The position numbers and the translations under genes were made by a program. A stretch of DNA of 64,000 nucleotides from Candidatus Methanophagales archaeon. GTDB lineage: Archaea; Halobacteriota; Syntropharchaeia; Alkanophagales; Methanospirareceae. Under the pieces are notes generated by a model. The model ran no database searches. It saw nothing but the letters and a program-made list of their open reading frames with translations, and was not told where the DNA came from. The DNA lies in the NCBI GenBank assembly GCA_003336485.1, contig QENH01000200.1, forward strand, positions 7,510-71,509, given 5' to 3'. Below, in pieces: positions 21,222 to 30,812 of the stretch (positions within the stretch are counted from its first letter, which is position 1; every line of letters begins with the position of its first letter).

Positions 21222-21285
21222 TCTTAAAATCAGTTAAAAATATCTTTTTTGCTGATGCCGAAAAGAGCGAAAACAAAACGCGGTT

Positions 21286-22122
21286 CTAGCTCTTTTTTCT
21301 AATATGTGTAATTGCTGCAGTTAATATCAGAATGATGATTACTGTAGTCGCGTCGAGAGAAGGTAGGGTAGAGGATGACTTACCGATTGTTATTTCGACT
21401 GGCTTGGATTGTGAGACTTTAGAGTCCGCATTCACGAAAGCAAGAGCGGTGTATTGCCCTTCTTCTTCGTCTGTAGTATCCCAGAAAAGTTTAACGTGTT
21501 TTTCTTCTCCCACGATCAGCTCTTCGGGAAAGCCGGGTATCTCTTCCGCTTTTACCCCATCTTTGTACACCGTCACGTTTGGATAAGCGGTTGTACGCAC
21601 GTCCCCATTGTTATTGATAACCAAATCGAACTTCAGAATGTCTCCACGTGAAACGCTTGTGGTAGGGACAGAGAAGGAAGTAATTATAGCTGAGATAACG
21701 GCACCGGGTTTCACGAAATTAGCATACGTCTTTGCCTTTAGCGAGATGATGTAGCCAACTGCAGACCCTTCTCCACTAGCGCCCGAGACCCGTTTTTTGC
21801 CCGCTGCTTTTATCCAGCCATTGTATTCCCCGAGTTTCGCATCTTCCGGAACAATAAGGGTTAAGATAACTTCTTCTGTCTCTCCAGCGTGCAAATCGAA
21901 TTCCGCAGGCGAAAACGATATCAAATCCGACATTTCGCCGCCCTTCTCCATTACGAAATGATTGTCAAAATCCTTTTCTAATGAATAGACCAAAACAGAT
22001 ATGTTATGCACCTTTCCAAGCTCCACGCTACCGAAGCTTGCTCCAGTTATCCCAAATGCACTTGCTGTACTGATACAAAACAAGATGCAAAGGATAAATA
22101 CCAGTGCGGCCTTTTTTATCAT
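21286..22122 (-). CDS. Secreted protein with a C-terminal TM anchor
   Basis: N-terminal signal peptide MIKKAALVFILCILFCISTASA. The C-terminus has a hydrophobic helix plus a basic tail (TVIIILILTAAITHIRKKS) and no PGF motif. Confidence 0.5.
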   Translation of the reverse strand: MIKKAALVFILCILFCISTASAFGITGASFGSVELGKVHNISVLVYSLEKDFDNHFVMEKGGEMSDLISFSPAEFDLHAGETEEVILTLIVPEDAKLGEYNGWIKAAGKKRVSGASGEGSAVGYIISLKAKTYANFVKPGAVISAIITSFSVPTTSVSRGDILKFDLVINNNGDVRTTAYPNVTVYKDGVKAEEIPGFPEELIVGEEKHVKLFWDTTDEEEGQYTALAFVNADSKVSQSKPVEITIGKSSSTLPSLDATTVIIILILTAAITHIRKKS

Positions 22123-22194
22123 GGTTTTTCTCTTTGACTTATTAAAAAAAAATAAAAAGACAAAAAGAAAAAGGTTTTGTCTTACTCTACTATG

Positions 22195-22710
22195 CTACGC
22201 TATGCTAAATATTAGTTCGACTGTTCCGTTATACTTGCCGGCTTCTTGGTATGACGGCACGTTTAGCCCTGCACTGAAATCTTCTGTGCTCTGACTGGTC
22301 ACAGTTCCTATCTCAACATCCTGTCCTTCATTGTCTAATGGTATTTCATTTAACTCAAAATTATCTGCTGGGATTACTTTCCCTTCCGATGGCGTTGGTT
22401 TATATCCTTTCGACGAGTTAGTCAAACCATAGGTACCACCCACTTCTATGGTGAATGCTGCTTCCACCAAAGCCTCGAGACCTCCAGTGTTATCTAGCGT
22501 AAATGACGGCGATAGCTCTTTCAACACTCCAGGAGCCATGTCGCCAAAATCCGCTTCCGCTATACTAATACTTACATCGATGCCTTTTACATTTACTGAA
22601 TACTCTACAGACTCTGTAATCTGGACTTTCTCAGCAGATGCTGCTACCGCTATGATCATAGCAAACATCCATAGAGCAAATACAATCGCTATTTTTTTCC
22701 CCCTTTTCAT
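22195..22710 (-). CDS. Secreted protein of unknown function
   Basis: Signal peptide MKRGKKIAIVFALWMFAMIIAVAASA. It lies next to the other secreted protein. Confidence 0.45.
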   Translation of the reverse strand: MKRGKKIAIVFALWMFAMIIAVAASAEKVQITESVEYSVNVKGIDVSISIAEADFGDMAPGVLKELSPSFTLDNTGGLEALVEAAFTIEVGGTYGLTNSSKGYKPTPSEGKVIPADNFELNEIPLDNEGQDVEIGTVTSQSTEDFSAGLNVPSYQEAGKYNGTVELIFSIA

Positions 22711-22996
22711 CTTTTTTCAGATCACCCCCTAACCATATACCATTACTACATGGCAAGATGATAAGTTAAGAACCTATATAAATATGTGTCCCATGTTGTT
22801 ACGAAAAGACAACCAAATCTTAATATTTTTGGGTATTTCTGCTAAACCCAAATAGGTTAGGCATGCCTAAAAAGGTTAGCGTTGCAAAAAAGATTGAGGG
22901 GCATTGAAATGGCCGTTACCTTTTTCTCATTTACAACTTAATTGATGAACAGTACGTTAAGCGAGAGATAGTAATCGAAAATACAGGAGTAAAAAA

Positions 22997-24343
22997 ATGG
23001 ACCTCGAGGGATTTGCGAAGCGGAAATTAAGAGAAGGCGAAGCAGACAGTAGGATAATGGCAGAGTTGTGCACTCGCATATTAGAAATAAAGCGTGATCG
23101 TATAACGAGAGAAAAGGCCGATGCGATTTCTAACGCGGTATTAGAAGAAGCTAAGATGACGCTCGATTTTAATGACGCACTTATCACCGAACTCAAATCA
23201 GACGTAAGAATGGGCGAGTTGGGAGTTGGATCCCGAGGCGCAGGTGATTTTTATGCCCATGAGAAGATAGGCGAGCTAATAGGTGCTACGGGCGCCGTAG
23301 TTGACTCATCGAGCCTGAGTGATTCGGGTGTGGTGCGTCTCCCGGCAGGGAATAAGGAGAAGTTAATTGTGGTGACGGTAGACGGAATGCATTCGCGGCT
23401 GAGCGATTTCCCGTTTCTCGCTGGTTTTCATGTTGCGCGTGCGGCACTTCGTGACGTGTACGTAATGGGCGCCACACCAGTTGCGTTACTTTCAGACATT
23501 CATGTGGCGGATGACGGCGACGTTGCGAAGATATACGACCATATCGCAGGCATTTCCACTGTCTCAGACGCTGCAAACGTTCCGCTTGTTACGGGCTCAA
23601 CATTGAGAATCGGTGGTGATGTGGTAATAGGGGAACGGATGACGGGCTGTGTAGGCGCAGTTGGCGTGGCTGATACTGTCGTAACGAGAGAAGGCGCAAA
23701 AGAAGGTGATCTGATTTTGATGAGCGAAGGCGCAGGTGGAGGCACTATAACCACTGCCGCTTTGTATTACGGTGAACCGGAAGTGGTGCGGGAAACGCTG
23801 AACATAAAATTCCTGGACGCTTGTAATGCGCTTATCAAAGAAGACCTAGTGAAGAAGGTACATCTAATGACCGATGTCACGAACGGCGGAATCAGGGGCG
23901 ATGCAAATGAGATAGCAAAAGTGTCACACGTGAAACTCGTCTTTCATGAAGATCGAATACGTAATTTAGTAAATAAAAAGGTGCTTGCAATGCTAAAACG
24001 GCGTGCGATAGACTATTTGGGCGTATCTCTGGATGCACTTCTGGTCATTTGTCCCGCGGAAGTTGCAGAAGATGTTGAAGCAGTTGTAAGGGGCGCCGGG
24101 GTGCAAATAGTGGAGATTGGCAAAGTTGTAGCGGGAGAAGGTGCTGAAATTGTTGTTGACAGTGAAGCTAAAGATTTTTCGCCTAAATTCCGTGAGTCTG
24201 CTTATACGCCGATAAAGAAGGTTGTGGGTGAATCAGGGCAGAATTTTGAAGCGATGAAGCGGAAAGTGGATAAGGCGGTTGAAGACGCAGTCAGGAAGAA
24301 AGATGCGGTAAAAAGGATTTTGGAATCTTCACAATACCCATAG
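22997..24343 (+). CDS. AIR synthase-related (PurM-like superfamily) protein
   Basis: 448 aa with a PurM-like N-domain (VDGMHSRLSDFPFLAGFHVARAALRDVYVMGATP) and a C-domain, as seen in methanogen PurM-like proteins. Confidence 0.65.
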   Translation: MDLEGFAKRKLREGEADSRIMAELCTRILEIKRDRITREKADAISNAVLEEAKMTLDFNDALITELKSDVRMGELGVGSRGAGDFYAHEKIGELIGATGAVVDSSSLSDSGVVRLPAGNKEKLIVVTVDGMHSRLSDFPFLAGFHVARAALRDVYVMGATPVALLSDIHVADDGDVAKIYDHIAGISTVSDAANVPLVTGSTLRIGGDVVIGERMTGCVGAVGVADTVVTREGAKEGDLILMSEGAGGGTITTAALYYGEPEVVRETLNIKFLDACNALIKEDLVKKVHLMTDVTNGGIRGDANEIAKVSHVKLVFHEDRIRNLVNKKVLAMLKRRAIDYLGVSLDALLVICPAEVAEDVEAVVRGAGVQIVEIGKVVAGEGAEIVVDSEAKDFSPKFRESAYTPIKKVVGESGQNFEAMKRKVDKAVEDAVRKKDAVKRILESSQYP

Positions 24344-25066
24344 ATATATTATTGCAATCAGTACTGGCTGATGAATAAGGTAAATTAGTAATGAATGCCT
24401 ACCAAAAAGGCAAAGCAATCTTATAACCGCGGAATTAGAAAGGTCACAAAGGTTAAAACGCCGTGTGCAGTCGGGATATAACATATATCCAAGAAATAGC
24501 CCGATTAGGATCACGCCGAACCAGGGTAAAATCGGGAAATAGTCTATAGTATAAAAGTGCTCGGGCGTGAGCCCTAACCACATCAACCAGGAGAACCCCA
24601 AAGTATAGTTCTTTAAGTATAGTCCAAGCGATACGAAAAGAACACCCGGCATCAGATTCCATAAACGGAGTTTTAAGAATGGATAAGCCATAATAATCGA
24701 AATCCCAATAAGATGAAGAACACCAAAAACAACAAAACCCGCTCGCAAAAAGAGCCAGGTCGCTATGCTGATGACCAAACCCCATGCAAATATTTTTAGA
24801 CCCCGTTTGAGATATTTCCGGTATAATCTCTTCCTCTGTTTCTTCTTAGCTCTAGAGTAACTAATGGTTAGTGAGATACCGACCAGAAGAATAAATATTG
24901 TCGCTGTTGCACGCCCAAAATATAACCAGAAACCTGAATGTACGTTAAGATCGTATCCGCCAAAATAATCCAGATCGTAGAGTAAATGGAACAGGATCAT
25001 CATGAATATAGCAATTCCACGCATAAAATCTAGCTCCCAAAATCGCTGCTCCAACTTATTAGCCAT
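24329..25066 (-). CDS. DUF1624 / acyltransferase-3-like integral membrane protein
   Basis: The start is placed at MANKLEQRFWELDFMRGIAIFMMILFHL, the FMRG..I motif of the DUF1624 / heparan N-acetyltransferase-like family. The protein is multi-TM. Confidence 0.55.
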   Translation of the reverse strand: MANKLEQRFWELDFMRGIAIFMMILFHLLYDLDYFGGYDLNVHSGFWLYFGRATATIFILLVGISLTISYSRAKKKQRKRLYRKYLKRGLKIFAWGLVISIATWLFLRAGFVVFGVLHLIGISIIMAYPFLKLRLWNLMPGVLFVSLGLYLKNYTLGFSWLMWLGLTPEHFYTIDYFPILPWFGVILIGLFLGYMLYPDCTRRFNLCDLSNSAVIRLLCLFGRHSLLIYLIHQPVLIAIIYLWVL

Positions 25067-25146
25067 TAAAAACGAAATGTAAACGAAAGCTTTTATATTC
25101 AGAAACTTTGATATTGGATTATAACTCACGTGAAGGGTAGTGCGAA

Positions 25147-25872
25147 ATGACGACATGGACTGAATTGAAGTTTGGAGGCAGGACTTTTTCCCCGGAAGTG
25201 CGGAAATTGGGCGATATGAAGGAAGTCGTATTAGACAAGCGCTTTTTAGCGTGTGCGGACATGGATATGGCGCTGTATTTCATGTTCAGGGAAGTATCAA
25301 AGAATGAAGAGGACGAGAAGCGGATAAAAGAAAGAGAGCTGAGATACGACATCACTATTATCCCCCCGAATACGCTCGGCGCGGAATTTGTTAAAACCGC
25401 GGGACACTATCATCCCCTTATACCGGGTTCACAAATGACATATCCCGAGATGTACGAGGTATTAGAAGGCGAAGCACATTATCTTTTACAGTGCAGAGAT
25501 GAAGATGGCGGTACCGAGAAGATAACAGATGTAGTTGTGGTAAAGGCGAAAAAAGGCGATACTGTTATAATACCGCCCAATTACGGGCATGTTACGATAA
25601 ACCCATCTGAAGCGACGTTAAAAATGGCTAACTGGGTTGCAAGGGCTTTCTCTTCGATCTACGAGCCGATACGAGTAAAAGGCGGTGCCGCGTACTTCGA
25701 GCTGACCAACGGCGAGTTTATTAAGAACGAAAAATATGGGGCCGTGCCTGATATTAGGTTCCTTAAGCCTGAGGCGACAGGGATAAAGCAAATAAAGCTG
25801 AACAAAGAAGTGACAATGTACGAACTACTTCGAGAGCCCGAAAAGTTGCAGTTCCTTATATCACACATTTGA
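25147..25872 (+). CDS. Cupin-type glucose-6-phosphate isomerase (cPGI)
   Basis: Signature motifs TIIPPNTLGAEFVKTAGHYH (TxxPxxxGxExxxTxGHxH) and PPNYGHVTIN (PPxxxHxxxN). The 241-aa length fits archaeal cPGIs. Confidence 0.6.
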   Translation: MTTWTELKFGGRTFSPEVRKLGDMKEVVLDKRFLACADMDMALYFMFREVSKNEEDEKRIKERELRYDITIIPPNTLGAEFVKTAGHYHPLIPGSQMTYPEMYEVLEGEAHYLLQCRDEDGGTEKITDVVVVKAKKGDTVIIPPNYGHVTINPSEATLKMANWVARAFSSIYEPIRVKGGAAYFELTNGEFIKNEKYGAVPDIRFLKPEATGIKQIKLNKEVTMYELLREPEKLQFLISHI

Positions 25873-26025
25873 AACTTCCGGATATTTTTATTGGACTCTT
25901 CACCATTCTCGCCTCCTTCTATAGTCGGTCTACAAAGGATTTTGATAGATAGAATATTCAAGAGATGTAATTAATACTAATGTCAGAAAGCGAATATAAG
26001 AAGGCGAGAAGCGAAGTGATTAATA

Positions 26026-26844
26026 ATGACGCTAAGAGATTATTTAAAGGATTCTGAGATGAAAGGTGTTGAACTACAAAGGAATCCGTATCTCATCAGT
26101 GCTTTCTATTTGATCCTGATAACAATTGCAGAGTGGGTAACAAATTATCATCCTAAATTTGGGATTGCATCACACGTTTTCATCATGATCCTACTGTTTT
26201 GTCATTTCGCTCTGGTATCAGACAAAGATGATAATTTAGCACATTATCTTATTGCTCTTCTTCTCGCCCCGCTTATACGTATACTGAGCTTATGTCTACC
26301 ATATATACAGTTCAGTTGGATCTTTAGCTTCACGCTCGTGTCAATACCACTATTCATAGCGATCTTTACCTGCATGTGGCTGCAAGGGCTACACGGAGCG
26401 GATGTTGGGTTTTCGTCACCCAAGTTGAAGTACCTGCCACTAGAAGCAGGAATAATTCTTTTTGCCGTAGCTCTGGGAATAGCGGAATATATGATTTTAA
26501 GACCCAACCCATTGCCGGCGTCAGGAACATTGAATTTAATCATCGCATCACTACTTTTAATAATATGCACGGGCTTTTTAGAGGAGCTGATCTTCAGGGG
26601 TTTGCTACAATATAATGCAGTAAGAGTGATGAGTAAATGGCGTGGTATCTTTATTGTATCCGCTATTTTCGGCGTGCTTCACCTTGGAAATATATCCCCG
26701 TGGCATTTAGATTGCTTCTTTGCTGGCGCTGTTGGGTTTCTGTTTGCCGTAGTGCGCGATAAAACAGGATCAATACACGGTATAAGCTTCGCGCACGGCA
26801 TTATAAACATAGTTCTGTTTTTAATCGCACCGCTTTATTTTTGA
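26026..26844 (+). CDS. CPBP family intramembrane glutamic endopeptidase (CAAX protease / Abi)
   Basis: Multi-TM protein with the FLEELIFRGLL motif (EExxxR) and the FGVLH motif. Confidence 0.7.
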   Translation: MTLRDYLKDSEMKGVELQRNPYLISAFYLILITIAEWVTNYHPKFGIASHVFIMILLFCHFALVSDKDDNLAHYLIALLLAPLIRILSLCLPYIQFSWIFSFTLVSIPLFIAIFTCMWLQGLHGADVGFSSPKLKYLPLEAGIILFAVALGIAEYMILRPNPLPASGTLNLIIASLLLIICTGFLEELIFRGLLQYNAVRVMSKWRGIFIVSAIFGVLHLGNISPWHLDCFFAGAVGFLFAVVRDKTGSIHGISFAHGIINIVLFLIAPLYF

Positions 26845-26901
26845 TCGTCTGTATTTTTCTTTTGAGTTCAAAACACAGATTATCGCCTTTAGCCCTTACC
26901 C

Positions 26902-27774
26902 CTACCTCTTTTTCAACCGGTTACTTATAGAAGGATAGAAGATAAATGCCAGAGGCACGAGGAATAGCATGACGATTGCCACTTTGCCTGTGGCCGAGCC
27001 AGAAGAGAAGAGGGTAAGAAGAATAGGGTCTTCCTTTTGTACCTCAAAGAGGTAGGGGACGGTATCGCCCATGAACTCCTTTGTTCTATTGAGAATGCCA
27101 TCGTAAGAGCCGTTACGCGATGCGAGAGCTGAGATACGGACCATAGTAACGGTATTTGACGCGAAAGTTTCCTTCACGTAGAAATAAAGCACGACCCTTC
27201 GCTCTGTTACCTTCCCTTCTTCCTTTGATTCCTTCGTGACAATGAGCTTCTTTGCTGCTATCGTCTCATTAAAGACTAAACCATGTTCTCTTTCATACTC
27301 TTCCGACCGCCAAAATCCGGCTGCCCAACTTACATTATGCACCGGCACCTCTGCTATGCCTTCCTCTTTTATCGTATAGCCCAACGCGGGATAGCAAACA
27401 ATAGGCGGATGGAAGCTAGAGCGGTTATTTGATTGCATGATGAGAAAGAATACCGGCTGGTAATATTTCGGATGCGAGTATGCACGCATGAGCATTACGT
27501 CCGCGTTCAAGCGTTCTGCAAGACCTGTCGTGTTGTACTCATAGGCAGTCCAATTCCCTAGCTGCTCTGGGAACTTCTGTAGGTGCTCGTTGTTTCCGAA
27601 GTCCATCTTTGTTCGAACAGGCGTGGCATCGTCAGAAGCATACGAGAGCTCGGTATCTATCGTGGTGATCGTTCTGGCGAGTATCATAGACGGTGTTGAA
27701 AAGACGATGATAATAACGAAAACGAGCAAAAGGAGCCCTATGACCCGTGAATATTCTTCAAAGAAACTCCTCAT
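26902..27774 (-). CDS. Archaeosortase-associated protein, possible EpsI analogue
   Basis: 290 aa with an N-terminal TM, a large extracytoplasmic domain and a C-terminal TM. Its start is a 4-nt ATGA overlap with the stop of the archaeosortase gene, in the same gene order as bacterial epsH-epsI. Confidence 0.4.
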   Translation of the reverse strand: MRSFFEEYSRVIGLLLLVFVIIIVFSTPSMILARTITTIDTELSYASDDATPVRTKMDFGNNEHLQKFPEQLGNWTAYEYNTTGLAERLNADVMLMRAYSHPKYYQPVFFLIMQSNNRSSFHPPIVCYPALGYTIKEEGIAEVPVHNVSWAAGFWRSEEYEREHGLVFNETIAAKKLIVTKESKEEGKVTERRVVLYFYVKETFASNTVTMVRISALASRNGSYDGILNRTKEFMGDTVPYLFEVQKEDPILLTLFSSGSATGKVAIVMLFLVPLAFIFYPSISNRLKKR

Positions 27775-28628
27775 TTCGTTCTCCCCGTAACTTTACACCC
27801 AAAGAGACTACTTATTAGTATCAAGAATATAAGCGCGATGATGAATAGCAGGGGGCTGAAAAGGGTATGGTAAAATCCTGTTGCCGTCTCCGCGCCATAT
27901 GCGTTTGCAATTAGTAGTAGAGATGTAACCCGGATGATATTGGCGAGGATTGCAAGAGGGGGCGTTATACAGAGCAAGATGATCTTCTTATACAACGGGC
28001 ACCGTAAAATGTAGATGAATAGCGTTGCTATTGCCAATAGCGAGATGAGCGAATTCATGCCGCTGCATGGCAAACCGATAATGAAAGCGGCATCTTCAAG
28101 CCGAATCTCCGCCCCTATCCGTGTAACGGGAATACCAAGCATTTCGAGAATTAATGCAGGGAAATATGCAGACAGAGTTTGTAGTGCGTTTGCGACTTTT
28201 CCCAGGAACTCTGGTGGCAATGGGATAGCGAAGATAAGATAGGCGATTGGAAATATGAGAGTGCGCATCAGAGGTTTACCATAGAAATAAAGGATCAAAC
28301 CGCTTGTTGTGAATAAGAATGATAGCGCGGATAAGAAAGGGAAGAGCTTGATAATGCCGATGATATAAAGGATAAGGCCAAAGGCGAAGACGTAGATTCC
28401 TGGTTTACAGGGTTCCTGATTGTCTCCCGGCTCGCTCTTCTTATAGTCTCTGACATTCCACCACGCGATAACGCATGATATAATTAGGATCAAGAACCCA
28501 TGTGTGTAGCACGGATCGGTCCGCCAGAAACTGGCTAACCATATCGGTATAAAGTTGGAAAAAGGCGATGGGAAATATAAAATGACTAAGAGCAGCAAGA
28601 TAAAAATAGTGGTCTTCTTCATCTTCAT
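27771..28628 (-). CDS. Archaeosortase (exosortase/archaeosortase family transpeptidase)
   Basis: 285 aa, polytopic. It carries the family catalytic motif PCSGMNSL (Cys), a conserved Arg in NIIRVTSLL, and an N-terminal lysine-rich stretch followed by a TM. Confidence 0.7.
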   Translation of the reverse strand: MKMKKTTIFILLLLVILYFPSPFSNFIPIWLASFWRTDPCYTHGFLILIISCVIAWWNVRDYKKSEPGDNQEPCKPGIYVFAFGLILYIIGIIKLFPFLSALSFLFTTSGLILYFYGKPLMRTLIFPIAYLIFAIPLPPEFLGKVANALQTLSAYFPALILEMLGIPVTRIGAEIRLEDAAFIIGLPCSGMNSLISLLAIATLFIYILRCPLYKKIILLCITPPLAILANIIRVTSLLLIANAYGAETATGFYHTLFSPLLFIIALIFLILISSLFGCKVTGRTK

Positions 28629-28661
28629 ATACTTCTCTTTATACTAAGTTCTTAATATTTA

Positions 28662-29030
28662 TTATTTGAGTATCGCGTTGTACTCATAAGTGAACTCCAT
28701 TGTGACAAGCTGGAAACGATAATTAACGCTATATCTTCTCTCGGTCTTCGCCGGAAATACCATCTCGTTCTGAGCACCATCTTCGTTCCACCTTATTGAT
28801 ACCACAATATCGCCGGAATTATTCAGCGTCACAATATGACTACCAACAATGCTTGCATGCCATAAATCCACATGTATCTCAAAATCGGTCACCTCACAGC
28901 CGAGATCGTTTATCTGTATCGCATGTTTTTCGTTCTCGTTACCCATTAATCCAAATGCAGATGCCGAGTTAAGAGAAGCCGCAAGAAGTAATGCTATAAC
29001 AACGCCAAATAAGAGATCTCGCCTTCCCAT
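28662..29030 (-). CDS. Small secreted protein
   Basis: Signal peptide MGRRDLLFGVVIALLLAASLNSASA, 122 aa. It lies 34 nt upstream of the archaeosortase gene on the same strand. Confidence 0.45.
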   Translation of the reverse strand: MGRRDLLFGVVIALLLAASLNSASAFGLMGNENEKHAIQINDLGCEVTDFEIHVDLWHASIVGSHIVTLNNSGDIVVSIRWNEDGAQNEMVFPAKTERRYSVNYRFQLVTMEFTYEYNAILK

Positions 29031-29098
29031 AATTATATTAATAGATACAAAAAATATAAATACGAGCAGGACCTTCTTGTGTAAGAAGGAAATAAAAG

Positions 29099-30076
29099 AT
29101 GAGAACTGCGTGGTTGGGGATACGGATGGGGCTTTGTGTATTGCTCCTGTTTGCGGTGATCTATGCGCTATTAATCGTCATAGCTACAGCTACCGGAGTG
29201 GGCACGCCGATAGTTTACGCTCTACTTGCTGCTGGATTAGTGGCTGTTCAGTTCATTATAGGTCCAAAGATAGTAGAGAAGACCATGCACGTTCGCTATG
29301 TTTCAGAGACGGAAGAGCCGGAATTGCATCGGATGGTGACGGAATTAGCGATGAAAGCAGGGATACCCAAGCCAAAAGTAGGGATTTCTGAAATAGCGAT
29401 ACCGAATGCGTTCGCGTTCGGCACATCAAAAAGGAAAGCAAGGGTTTGTGTTACTAGGAGATTGATGCAGATGCTAAGCAGAGATGAGTTAGAAGCGGTT
29501 TTAGGGCATGAAATATCACACATACAGCATCACGATATGGTAGTTATAACCGCGCTGAGTGTAATACCGATGATCTGCTACTTTATCTATTTCAGCTTCT
29601 TCTGGTCCGGTCTCTTTGGTGGCGGCGATAGCGATAGAGAAGGGGCGTTACCTATGATGGCGATTGCACTTATTGCATTTGCATTATACTTCATAAGCAA
29701 CCTCATCGTGCTTTATGGATCGCGAATAAGGGAATATTATGCAGATGCCGGAAGTGTAGAGCTAACGAATAAGCCTCATGAACTTGCTTCTGCGTTATAC
29801 AAAATGATCTATGGTAGTGCAGGAGTGAAACAAGAGAAGTTGAAGAAAGAACTGGGCAGCATGCGCGCTTTCTTTGCCGCAGATCCTGTAACAGCACGAG
29901 GCGATTTAAAGGATCTGAGCGCTGCTGACCTGGACAAGGATGGTAAGATAGACGCCCATGAACTGAAAATATTCGCAGAACGGGCGCAGGTGAGTCGTGC
30001 GGACAGGTTGATGGAGATCTTCTCCACGCATCCAAATCCCGTGAGTAGAGTTAAGAAGTTGGGTGAGTATTTATAA
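29099..30076 (+). CDS. htpX: HtpX-like M48 zinc metalloprotease
   Basis: HEISHIQHHD (HExxH) plus an HtpX-like TM topology, 325 aa. Confidence 0.8.
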   Translation: MRTAWLGIRMGLCVLLLFAVIYALLIVIATATGVGTPIVYALLAAGLVAVQFIIGPKIVEKTMHVRYVSETEEPELHRMVTELAMKAGIPKPKVGISEIAIPNAFAFGTSKRKARVCVTRRLMQMLSRDELEAVLGHEISHIQHHDMVVITALSVIPMICYFIYFSFFWSGLFGGGDSDREGALPMMAIALIAFALYFISNLIVLYGSRIREYYADAGSVELTNKPHELASALYKMIYGSAGVKQEKLKKELGSMRAFFAADPVTARGDLKDLSAADLDKDGKIDAHELKIFAERAQVSRADRLMEIFSTHPNPVSRVKKLGEYL

Positions 30077-30107
30077 GGTCTGAAAACTACGAGTTTAGTT
30101 TCTTTGT

Positions 30108-30644
30108 TTATCTAGCATTTTTACTCACACGCTCAACAGCCACCTTTATCATCGCCACTATGCCCTTCTCGTTCCATCGCGAGGAATCGATTACCAGATC
30201 ATAAATGGTAAGATCGTCCAAGAGTATACCGTAATATTGCTCATATCGCTTATGTTCGGACCGTTCTCGGTCTCTCATTGCAGAAAGAGCATCAATGTAG
30301 GCGACACCTTCGCGACTACCAATTCGTCTCGCTCTTATTTCCGAGGGTGCTTTCAACCATATCTTCAAATCTGCTTTGGGGACAAAGAATCCGGCCAGTC
30401 GGCTTTCTATAATGACATTGTCACGCTTCATCGCCTCCTTGCCCTGCAGCTCATCTATCTGCCTATCGAACTCATCGTTATCTTCTGCTAATTTGTTAAA
30501 ATGCGCCAATTGCAATTTCTTAGCATTCGCTATTTGCCGGAACATTTCGCCCGCAGAGATTAGCTCCATCTCAAATTCACGCGATAGCAAATTCGCAACT
30601 GTTGTTGTTCCACTGCCTGGAAGACCGCTTATTGTTAGTCGCAT
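30108..30644 (-). CDS. cmk: Archaeal cytidylate kinase
   Basis: P-loop ISGLPGSGTTTVANLL. The 178-aa length is typical of archaeal Cmk. Confidence 0.75.
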   Translation of the reverse strand: MRLTISGLPGSGTTTVANLLSREFEMELISAGEMFRQIANAKKLQLAHFNKLAEDNDEFDRQIDELQGKEAMKRDNVIIESRLAGFFVPKADLKIWLKAPSEIRARRIGSREGVAYIDALSAMRDRERSEHKRYEQYYGILLDDLTIYDLVIDSSRWNEKGIVAMIKVAVERVSKNAR

Positions 30645-30700
30645 AAAACATTCTTTAAAAGAAAGTTTTATTAAAGGAATAGTTTTTCAATAATTTTTGG

Positions 30701-30812
30701 TAATCGGACGCAGATGAACGCAGATAATCAGGATTTTAAATATAAGGTTTAATTGACGGAGGAGATTATTAGAATCATTGAGGAACTAGTTTTCTGCGTA
30801 AATCCGCGTCCT
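30701..30812. repeat. Intergenic element with inverted termini, ~110 nt, copy 1. Copy 2 is at 49547-49660.
   Basis: The shared core is AATCGGACGCAGATAAT...GATTTT(A/T)AAT...GACGGAGGAGATTATTAGA. In copy 1 the termini GGACGCAG and CTGCGT..GCGTCC are reverse complements. Confidence 0.5.

Noticed and set aside
22858-22869. Perfect 12-bp palindrome TAGGCATGCCTA upstream of the PurM-like gene
   Set aside because: About 15 perfect 12-bp palindromes are expected by chance in 64 kb. It is not repeated elsewhere in the window and shows no flanking conservation.
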